Shown: positions 1-10,200 of the stretch, piece by piece | How positions within the stretch are numbered: the stretch's first letter is position 1 | Layout: each line of letters starts with the position of its first letter | Assembly: GCA_002269645.1 (NCBI GenBank) | Contig: NIVC01002432.1 | Coordinates: 110,579-174,578, forward strand | Origin: Macrostomum lignano | Taxonomy: Eukaryota | Length of the DNA stretch: 64,000 nt | Direction of reading: 5' to 3' | Notes under the pieces: model-generated | Seen by the model: the letters and a program-made list of their open reading frames with translations, nothing else | Database searches by the model: none | What the model was told of the DNA's origin: nothing | Program-made: the position numbers and the translations under genes

Positions 1-378
1 GTGGATTATTTGGGTTGTGGATTATTTGGGTTGTGGATTATTTGGGTTGTGGATTATTTGGGTTGTGGAGCGTTTGGGTTGTGGATTATTTGGGTTGTGG
101 ATTATTTGAATTGTGGATTATTTGGGTTGTGGATTATTTGGGTTGTGGATTACTTGGGTTGTGGATTATTTGGGTTGTGGAGTAAATGGGTTGTGGAGCG
201 TTTGGGTTGTGGACTATTTGGGTTTTGGATTATTTGACTTGTGGATTATTTGAGTTGTGGATTATTTGGGTTGTGGATTATTTGAGGCGTGGATTGAGGT
301 TAATTTGGAGCTTGGATTATGGATAATTTGGAGTTTGGGTTGCAGTTTATTTGGGCTTTGGGTTTGTGGATTGTTTTG
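1..378. repeat. 16-bp minisatellite (GTGGATTATTTGGGTT)n, runs off the window start
   Basis: Direct tandem units that degenerate towards about 380; source of ORFs 1..237 and 257..610. Confidence 0.95.
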
Positions 379-529
379 TGCATTGCAAGGGAGCAACACC
401 GAACATCTGAAGAGTCAGATTACAGTTACACTTTCAGTTCTAAAGCCAGCCATCTCTCTTTCTTTTCAAACAAAAATCGCAAGTGCGCCTTTTGAGTCCT
501 CAAGCGCCCTGCCGCCCTGCCAATTGCAG

Positions 530-2025
530 TGTCAGAGGAGCAGATGGCTAAGCTGGAGGCCATGTTCAAGAAGGCGGCCAAGGGCAAACGCTATATTAGC
601 TTCAAGGTGAGCTGTTGGCTTGTAAGAGAGACAAATAAAAATAGGCTGCAGCCTCGTGTTTGCATTCCGACATCTCAAAGCAAGGGTCTAATTTTCCTCG
701 CTTCGAGCAAGAAAGCCAAGCAAAAACTATCTCCTCTGCATGCTTACAGAAAATAGCTAAAAGTTCAAGCGCAGCAGCTCATTGATAAAAATAAAATTCG
801 ACGTGAAACGTTCTAAGATAATTTGCGATACGGCCTACTAGTATCAAGTAGGTCAGTAGTATCATAAGGGCATGTAGCTATATTCTTAACTTCGTTTGCA
901 GATGTTTCAATCTCCCCTCATGCTCACCCTTCACCTCAATGCAGGAGTTTCTCGAGCTCTACCCGGAGTCCAAGCTGCAGAGGGACGAGTCGGACATGCG
1001 CTCCGTGTACTACGCCTTCGCCGACTCCAGGACCAACAGCCTTAAGTTCGACGGGTTCGTCATGCTGATGTTGCTCAGCGACAGAGTCGGCAGCCTCGAC
1101 GAATCCGAGAGAATGCATGGTAATTCGGTTGGGGGTTGTGGTTGATGGGGTTGTAGCTGATGGAGTTGTAGCTGATGGGGGTGTTGCTGATGGGGTTGTG
1201 ACTGATGGGGTGTTGCTGATGGGGTTGTGGCTGATGGGGTTGTGACTGATGGGGGTGTTGCTGATGGGGTTGTGGCTGATGGGGTTGCGGCTGATGGGGG
1301 TGTGACTGGTGAGGTTGTGGCTGATGGTGCTGTGGTTGATGGGGTTGTGACTGTTGGGGTTGCGGTTGATGGGGTTGTGGCTGATGGGGTTGTGGCTGAT
1401 GGTGCTGTGGTTGATGGGGTTGTGGCTGTTGGGGTTGTGGCTGATGGTGCTGTGGTTGATGGGGTTGTGACTGTTGGGGTTGCGGTTGATGGGGTTGTGG
1501 CTGATGGGGTTGTGGCTGATGGTGCTGTGGCTGATGGGGTTGTGGCTGATGGGGTTGTGGCTGACGGGGTTGTGGCTGATGACGTGGTGGCTCACCCTTA
1601 GTGCTCACTCCGCGCTCCCCTCCCGCAGCCCTGTTCAGCGTGATGGATCCGGCCGGATGCAACAGCGTCCCAAAAGCCGAATTTCGTCGTTTCGTGCGCA
1701 GCTTCGTGGTGGACGAGTTGGAAGATCAAGAAGGTGAAGGCGACGAAGGGGGCGCTGCTGCGGTAGATGTGGCGGTCTCAGTGGAGGGCAGCAACGGCTC
1801 TGCCAAGCGCGCCAATGGCGATGCCCTCGACGGGACGGTGAGGCTGTGTTCCTATTTCAATATTTTGAGCTCCACAACCAGCTCCACAATTATACTGTTT
1901 TGTTCAATTTCAAATTTCAGCCTGCGGCGCCGGACGCCCTGCTCGGGTTTGACGAATTCAGCGAATTCTGCGCGAAAGAGAAGTCCGCCTACGGAGCCAT
2001 CTGTGCCTACGTTTTCCCCATGTAA
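530..2025 (+). CDS. Degenerate four-EF-hand protein (calcineurin B/NCS-like fold); exons 530-606, 945-1119, 1629-1837, 1921-2025; 5' end possibly outside window or ATG at 544
   Basis: GT-AG junctions in matching phases give ...SEEQMAKLEAMFKKAAKGKRYISFK|EFLELYPE...FADSRTNSLKFDGFVML...ERMH|ALFSVMDPAGCNSVPKAEFRRFV...DGT|PAAPDALLGFDEFSEFC...VFPM*. Helix-loop-helix spacing (FxxxD...F) matches EF-hand pairs; family assignment is from recalled motif similarity. Confidence 0.7.
1125..1585. repeat. 15-bp minisatellite (GCTGATGGGGTTGTG)n in EF-hand gene intron
   Basis: Tandem units start just after the donor at 1120; explains the VADGV/HNPIS/QPHQP ORFs. Confidence 0.95.
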
Positions 2026-2033
2026 CCTCTTGG

Positions 2034-2398
<365 letters not shown>

Positions 2399-2942
2399 AG
2401 AGTTTCAAGACTTTGACTGCTCATAAACTTCACCTAAACGATAATTGTATTAACTGATATTTGTAATACTCAAATTTACATACAGAAGTCAGATTATCAG
2501 GTAAAATATTGAAAATATAGCTGTAACTTTGTCGTCTATATTTGCGTGATTTTGTTTTTTTCGTTGTACATCAGGCGCACCTACCGCATGGCATTGATGT
2601 TGAATAATCGTATTGAATTTATCCCTTGTAAGATGGGCTGACTTTCCATTTCAATATCGCTAAAAATACAGTCGATTGCAGTCCCATCATCCTCTCCAGC
2701 TGCAGTACAGATAATGGGAGGAGCTTGGATAAATGTTTCTCAGCATCGCAGCATCATCATTGGGAACTCAGCTTTCCAATCGGCTGCATCCAGCCGCAGC
2801 TGCAAGAAACTCGGCGCTCCCAGCTGCCGATCAGCTGTATTTGCTGACCTACGGTTTGGTAAAACAAAATAGTCAAACTCTGGCTCATTTTCCAAAGAAT
2901 TTCATGCTGCTGGCGTGCTCTCTATCTATCCAACCATTTGCA

Positions 2943-3465
2943 ACTCATCGATCTACTCAGCAAACTCATCGATCTACTCAGCAAACTCATCGATCTACTC
3001 AGCAAACTCATCGATCTACTCAACAACCTCATCAATCTACTCAATAAACTCATCAATCTACTCAATACACCCATCAACCTACTCAACAACTTCATCGATC
3101 TACTCAGCAAGCTCATCGATCTACTTAACAAACTCATCGATCTACTCAACAAGCTCATCGATCTACTTAACAAACTCATCGATCTACTCAACAAACTCAT
3201 CGATCTACTCAACAAACTCATCGATCTACTCAACAAACTCATCGATCTACTCAACAAACTCATCGATCTACTTAACAAATTCATCGATCTACTCAACAAA
3301 CTCATCGATCTACTCAACAAACTCATCGATCTACTTAACAAATTCATCGATCTACTCAACAAGCTCATCGATCTACTTAACAAACTCATCAATCTACTCA
3401 AGAAACTCATCAATCTACTCAAGAAACTCATCAATCTACTCAAGAAACTCATCGATCTACTCAAC
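2943..3465 (+). repeat. 21-bp minisatellite (CTCATCGATCTACTCAACAAA)n, left array of an inverted pair
   Basis: About 25 tandem units; LIDLLNK-type ORFs are artefacts. Confidence 0.95.
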
Positions 3466-4424
3466 CGAAGTTACCTGAATTGTAGAAAGTAGGATATTTA
3501 ACTGCAACTGCCTGCAAACATTCAGTTTAGTTATTAAACCTCGTTATTGTTGAAAATGGTACATCCTCCTGCCAGCAGAGGTTCCAGGAGGCTTATCCAT
3601 AGACCAAAGCCGGAAACTGTTGCTTCAACCGCAAAAATGATCGCTCCAATCCATCAAGCCCAGTGCCCCAACTCCCCGCTATGATGAGGGGTCTGACATG
3701 AAAATCCCGCATGGGTCGCCGAGGGCTTTTTTGACAGATTGTTTTGAAGATCCACCAGCGGTAGACAGAGTGAGAGAGAGTGAGACAGGGATATTGTGAC
3801 TGAAGGAGCAGGTTGGGCTGAAGCTCTGGGTGATTCCAACGGACGCAAATCCCCAGTGCATTCCATTCCTGTCGAGCTATCACAGCGCTCTGCTTCCTAC
3901 CACACCACTTCTTCTGCGCCATGCCAGTCTTTTGTTTATTCGTTTCTCTGTGCAGCAGCAGACTTTGTTAGTGGGTCCTCGCTCGACCCCACAGCCCCCC
4001 CCCCCTAACCCGGGCATGGAGCCCTAGAGACAGAGAAACAGTTATTTCGAGTTTTTCATCTAAAATCTATATTTGCAATAATCTGCTTCAAGTCCAGATA
4101 TCTAGCCTAAGGCATCCATGTCCCTCCTGACCTACACGTGCAAGAAGGATGCAAGATGGAGGATTTGCTCCCGCGTAAATATTTATCCCAATCGGGATGT
4201 CTGCAGAAGAGTGGGGGGGGGTACCAGCAGATCAGCGACTTAGGCAGTTGTTAGATTCGAATGGCATCGTGCGAAATCTTCTAGGTACTCTGAGCGCTTG
4301 TTTAGCTGCTGTTTATGGGAATAAGTGGGCGAGATTGGCGAATTAAGAAAGCTTTTTGTACACGTTAATATTGAGCAAATCGGATTGCTGATAATAACAG
4401 CATATTGAATGGGCTGATCCAGGA

Positions 4425-4762
4425 GATTGTTGAGTAGATCAATGAGTTTGTTGAGTAGAACGATGAGTTTGTTGAGTAGATCAATGAGTTTGTTGAGTAG
4501 AACGATGAGTTTGTTGAGTAGATCAATGAGTTTGTTGAGTAGAACGATGAGTTTGTTCAGTAGATCCATGAGTTTGTTCAGTAGATCCATGAGATTGTTG
4601 AGTAGATCGATGAGTTTGTTGAGTAGATCGATGAGATTGTTGAATATATTTATGAGATTGTTGAGTAGATGATGAGTTTGTTGATGAGTTTAATTGTGTA
4701 GATTGATGGGTTTTTTGGGTAGATCGATGAGTTTGTTCAGTAGATCTATGAGATCGTTGAGA
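4425..4762 (-). repeat. Same 21-bp minisatellite in inverted orientation (TTTGTTGAGTAGATCGATGAG)n
   Basis: Units are the reverse complement of those at 2943-3465. Confidence 0.93.
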
Positions 4763-5611
4763 CGAATGATTGGACAGATTGATAATTAAGATTCTGCTTT
4801 CCAAAAAGCTAAATTGTTGTGTTAAACTCGCACAATATGAGAGCCGCCATCAGTGCATAACTTGTAATTTAATTCTTCACAGCAAAATGCTCAATTTGTT
4901 TTCAACCTTGTTGAAGATCCCGAATGCCCGTCAGGCTTATGAGGCTGATGACGTATTTTAAAAGCATATGACCAACCTTACGTATTAAGATCTGGAATAG
5001 TTTCAAAGCTCGCTTGCCCTGCGAAAACCTGTGATAAAGGATCTCCCAAAATCTTCTCTGTTGAAATGAAAACAGGGATTTGAATAACAAGCAATTCCAA
5101 AGATGCCTTAGCGAACTCCACATCTGGCCAGCTTCTGCGCCTCATCCGTCAAGCCGGAGTCTTCCATTGCGAAGAAATGCTCTCAGCTGTTGGAACTGGG
5201 CAGCAAATTGGACCAGACTAAGAATTCATTCAGTCCCGAATAGTAATTACTGTATTGGCCAACACCCAAGAATGATCCAGTTCGACCACCCCAGCCCAAT
5301 TATAGTTATAAAAAAATATTTTTGTCACTGGGTTGGCATCAGATGCTGAAGCTCGCTAGCTGGTAAGTAAAACTCAGTTTGGACCGGCGCTTTTTTCCGC
5401 TTTCGAAGAAGCGAGATGGCCTGCTCCGTCTCAGGTGGGTGCGAAAGCAACAATTTCATTTCTTAGTTAGCACGTGTGAAGGTTGGGAAAGCGAGCCTGT
5501 TTTGATGAGTCAAAAACGTTTGTATTGGAAAATTGGAGAATTAAATTTATATTCACATTTCTGAGAATTACTTTGTTAGTCGAACCACAGCCCAATTTTT
5601 CTGACCTCTGA

Positions 5612-5703
5612 GCACGCACGCTCACACAGGGTGTACAACAACCCTCACTCTCTAATCTTCAGACATGTACACTCTCTTGCCTTGGTGGAGTTGGCCCTCA
5701 TTG
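5612..5703 (+). repeat. Dispersed ~55-90 bp hairpin element, copy 1
   Basis: CACAGGGTGTACA...CTAATC...TGTACACTCT...CCTTGG; homologous to 13380-13473 and 36681-36750. Confidence 0.7.
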
Positions 5704-5834
5704 TATGTACGCTCGTACTTTCACCCAGAAACAATAGCAATTAGCTTTGGGTATTATTCCACAACTGCTAACTAATTTCATTTTAGTTATTTCGTCATTT
5801 TTAGTCATTTTTAATTTCATTTCATTAAGGTGAA

Positions 5835-6343
5835 TGAGGTGAATAATGGCAGATTGTTCAGTATGTACCTGAGTTGAATAATGGCAGATTGTTCAGTATG
5901 TAGCTGAGTTGAATAATGGCAGATTGTTCAGTATGTAGCTGAGTTGAATAATGGCAGATTGTTCAGTATGTAGCTGAGTTGAATAATGGCAGATTGTTCA
6001 GTATGTAGCTGAGTTGAATAATGGCAGATTGTTCAGTATGTAGCTGAGTTGAATAATGGCAGATTGTTCAGTATGTAGCTGAGTTGAATAATGGCAGATT
6101 GTTCAGTATGTAGCTGAGTTGAATAATGGCAGATTGTTCAGTATTTAGCTGAGTTGAATAATGGCAGATTGTTCAGTGTGTAGCTGAGTTGAATAATGGT
6201 AGATTGTTCAGTGTGTAGCTGAGTTGAATAATGGCAGATTGTTCAGTATGTAGCTGAGGTGAATAATGGCAGATTGTTCAGTGTGTAGCTGAGTTGAATA
6301 ATGGTAGATTGTTCAGTGTGTAGCTGAGTTGAATAATGGCAGA
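5835..6343. repeat. 35-bp minisatellite (GAGTTGAATAATGGCAGATTGTTCAGTATGTAGCT)n
   Basis: About 14 near-identical head-to-tail units with no spacers. Confidence 0.96.
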
Positions 6344-6599
6344 AATACGAACATGCATAAATGGCCATTGTTCAACAAAGCAACATGCTAAACAAGTGCA
6401 TCGTACTTGTATTTTGTCCAGCACAAATATCATTATTTCACACTTAGTTCACGCTATTATAATGCAAATATAAGGAGGGTGGTTGGATATTTATTGAGGG
6501 AAAGCAGTCACGTGATGAAATTTGTACATCGGGTAAATGTACATTGGGGAGCAGCTGTGGAATATGGCAAAAACCAGTTGCTCACAAGAAGACACTCGC

Positions 6600-6680
6600 C
6601 AGGCCAGTTTCGCCAGGGAATCGAACCCGGGAGCCTCTGAGCCAAAAAAGACAAAAAGGGAGCGTACAATCAGCTATCAT
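6600..6680 (-). mobile_element. Degenerate tRNA-derived (SINE-like) fragment
   Basis: Minus strand reads CCCGGGTTCGATTCCCTGGC, a T-arm/B-box; no intact cloverleaf or clear A-box. Confidence 0.3.
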
Positions 6681-6844
6681 TGTCAGAATTATATTAGGCA
6701 AAATCTCAGTGGAACCGTCAGAAGCCTCGCCATTGGCTGCAGATTGAAATTCGGTGGGGGGAGGGGGATTAGCGCGAATATTCTAGCTTCCACCAGCCAG
6801 CCTGTCGGCTATTGGGCCGGGGGCGGATCGCACGGCAACTGACT

Positions 6845-7020
6845 CGATGGCCAATCTGTGATTAAGTTCGACTCACCACTGCTGCCGCCTGCCGGGAGGG
6901 GTTGCCGCGCCGATTTGGTAAAATGTAAATTTCCTAGCCGGGGGATAAACAGTCGGAGCCAAACACGCGCGTGTATACAGAAGCCCGGAGACAGGCGGAC
7001 AAAATCATAAATACAAACAC
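6845..7020 (+). promoter_or_regulatory. Putative FoxF proximal promoter
   Basis: CCAAT at 6851 and forkhead cores RYAAAYA at 6945 (ATAAACA), 7007 (ATAAATA) and 7013 (ACAAACA), 220-390 bp upstream of the ATG. Function is inferred. Confidence 0.35.
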
Positions 7021-7238
7021 AAATCTAAGCAACAGGCAGTGCAGCACAGGTGGGCTCACACCGCCACTTGACTTATCCAGCTGTGTTTACTCCGGGGAGG
7101 AGCCGGCTGGTGCTGTGTTTGTCTCCGCCCGGCCGCTGCGAGCCCCGAGGGTTCTCTCTCTCTCCTTCTCTCTCTCTCTCTCTCGGTGTCTCGCTGTGTC
7201 TCCCCCCTCTACCAGAGGGTTTGAATTTATATTAAATA

Positions 7239-10200
7239 ATGGATTTCGCTGGCCCGGCCCTGTCAGGCCAGTCTGGCATTGCCGGCCTTCATCAGCGGCT
7301 TCATCAGCAGCAGCCGCAGCTGCACCCAATTCCTCCGAATGGGTTCAACTTTGAGCAGCGGCGTCCGTATGCAGGTGAGATCGTTTTGCAATACTCATAG
7401 GCATCTAACTAATCTCTCGCTTCTCGAGTCTGCTCGAGTATCTTATCTTCCAATCTCTAACTAAGGCGGTACAGGTAGCTGCGGCTTTGCTGAGGTCAAG
7501 GTCGAGCCTTCGCAGTCTGCGCCAGTTTGGGAGTCCCAGCCGCCACCGCCACCGCCACTGCCGCCGCAACCCGAAGCCGCAGGTGCAGAGTCGGCGGCTC
7601 CCGAAGTTGATCAGGAACAGCCGGGCTGCGAGCTCAACAAAGAAGAAGCTGGCGACGAGCAGCATGGGAAAAAATCTCAAGGTGAGACAGTGGGATGGGT
7701 GGGAAAGAGTAGAGAGAGGAGAGTAGAGAGGGAGGGCAGAGTAGAGAGGGAGGGCAGAGTAGAGAGGGAGGGCAGAGTAGAGAGGGAGGGCAGAGTAGAG
7801 AGGGAGGGCAGAGTAGAGAGAGGGCAGAGTAGAGAGGGGGGCAGAGTAGAGAGGGGGAAGAGTAGAGAGGGGGCAGAGTAGAGAGGGGCAGAGCAGACAG
7901 GGAGGGCAGAGTAGAGAGGGAGGGCAGAGTAGAGAGGGGGCAGAGTAGAGAGGGAGGGCAGAGTAGACAGGGAGGGCAGAGTAGAGAGGGAGGGCAAAGT
8001 AGAGAGGGGGCAGAGTAGAGAGGGGGCAGAGTAGAGAGGGGCAGAGTAGAGAGGGAGGGCAAAGTGGAGAGGGGAAGAGTAGAGAGTGGAGAAGAGAGAA
8101 CAGTCAGCAGCGCAAGGGGCTGGGGGACAAAAGTCGCAGGCGTGGGAGTCAATTAGAAAGCACTCGAAGATGCATGGGGGGAGTGGCGAGGGGGTGCCGT
8201 TGATGGGGCACAGCAGACTCCTCCGCACACTGCCCAAAGGCGCACCTGAGCTCGCTGCTCTTCCTGCCATAATGACTGCCAGCTTATAAATAGCATTGGC
8301 TAAATTCATGCTGGGTACTCCGGATAATGGCAGAGAAAATTCCCAAATTCCAAAAAATCTCTGTTGAGAAAACAGTGCTAATCCTAATATGGATGATAGA
8401 GCTGGGCGAATGGCACTTGAGAATCTCATAATTAATAGGCAGACCGCTTTCCCATAATTGCCGGCGCTTCACATAATTTTATTGAAATAAGCAAATCTGC
8501 TTTTCATCTCATAACGGAGATGGCGTCAAACTTTCTTAAATTGAAAAATACTTAGTTTCTGCTACTGGCTAGGGTTGGTTTATGAAACCAAACTTCAGAA
8601 ATTACCGGCAGTTTGTGAACCCTCAGATCCCAGCTAAATGCAAGTTTGTGAACCCTCAGATCCCAGCTAAAGGCAGTTTGTGAACCCTCAGATCCCAGCT
8701 AAATGCAGTTTGTGAACCCTCAGATCCCAGCTAAATGCAAGTTTGTGAACCCCCATATTCCAGCTAAGGGCAGTTTGTGAACCCCCATACCCCAGCTAAA
8801 GGCAGTTTGTTAACCCCCATACCCCAGCTAAGGGCAGTTTGTGAACCCCCATACCCCAGCTAAAGGCAGTTTATGAACCCCCATACCCCAGCTAAAGGCA
8901 GTTTGTGAACCTTCAGATCTCAGCTAAAGGCAGTTTGTGAACCCCCATACCCCAGCTAAAGGCAGTTTGTGAACCCCCAGACCCCAGCTAAGGGCAGTTT
9001 GTGTTCCAATCGGTGCAGTCTGTGGGGTTCGGCGCGGCCACCCCAGTCAGTTCGGCAGAGTTCAAGCTAATTGATTCGCTCAGCCGGGCAGTTCAGACCC
9101 CAGCGCATGCATTGAATGTAGACATTAAAGAAATGGATTTGGCCCCAGAATCGAAGATGAAAGATGAATTTCGGGTTGGTGCGTCCCCTCGCTGGCTTCA
9201 GCGTTCCTACGGCTCCTCCAGTTTTGTCGTGCTGCGTTTCTACCCTCGGGAGTTTTTCGATGGAGATCGCGCGGGGGCGCGCACTTGACGTGCAGAGAGG
9301 AGGATTTTTCTGTTTGGTGGGAGGCGCTGGCTGGGGCATTGCAAATGGGCCCAAATTATTTTATCTGGCCACGATGACCGCAGCACCGGGGGGGGGGAGG
9401 GAGTTTCTTCCCACGTTTGTAGCTGCAGCGTGCGTCAGTCAGTCCGGTGATTCCCAGTACCTGTGCGTCACCCGCGCATCTCTTTATCAAATCGCTTGAT
9501 CTATTGAAGTCGCATGCTTCAGATTAGCGCATGCACCTGTCTGCTGTGTTCGGCTTCAATGCGGTTTAGTGGGCCACTGCTGTCAGAGAGTAGCTGTATA
9601 ATAAATGAATGGCTGAAAATTACATTTTCCTTCTGTGCATTTGCTGCTGCAGAGACAGGTGGGGGGGCTAAAGGAAAGGGGAGAGGAGAGTAGAGAGGGG
9701 AGAGCGAGGGGATAGAGGAGAGGGAGAAGAGAGGCAGGGGAGACGGAGGGGAGAGGGACTGAGGAGAGGGAGAGAAGGAGAGGGAGACAGTAGAGAGGGA
9801 AGAGAAGGGAGATAGGGGAGAGAAGGGAGATAGGGGAGAGAAGGGAGATAGGGAGAGAAGGGAGATAGGGAGATAAGGGAGATAGGGGAGAGAAAGGAGA
9901 TAGGGGAGAGAAGGGAGATAGGGGAGAGAAGGGAGATAGGGGAGATAAGGGAGATAGGGGAGATAAGGGAGATAGGGGAGAGAAGGGAGATAGGGGAGAA
10001 GGGAGATAGGGGAGAGAATGGAGATAGGGGAGATAAGGGAGATAGGGGAGAGAAATTCCAATTACAGTTACCCGTTACAATTGTACCGGGTTCTAAACTA
10101 ATTCGCAAACCACAGTCCCGCATAGATAGTGTATCAGTCTGAGCTGTCCTTTAACCGCGCATTGCAGCTGCCGCCAGCGGCAGACGCTCGGAGAAGCCGC

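Noticed and set aside
1-378. Telomeric repeat at the window start
   Set aside because: The unit is 16 bp (GTGGATTATTTGGGTT), not TTAGGG-like, and lies directly upstream of an exon acceptor.
4960-5280. Protein-like minus-strand text (SWPDVEFAKASLELLVIQIPVF...)
   Set aside because: Short, frames interrupted, no clear splice sites and no recognisable family.
5280-5296. Gli site upstream of FoxF
   Set aside because: GACCACCCC differs from the GACCACCCA consensus and is single.
5835-6343. CRISPR array (35-bp repeats)
   Set aside because: Units are head-to-tail with no unique spacers, there are no cas genes, and the context is eukaryotic. The same applies to the 32-, 43-, 45- and 61-bp arrays.
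6600-6680. Intact tRNA gene
   Set aside because: Only the T-arm is recognisable; no acceptor stem pairing or anticodon arm.
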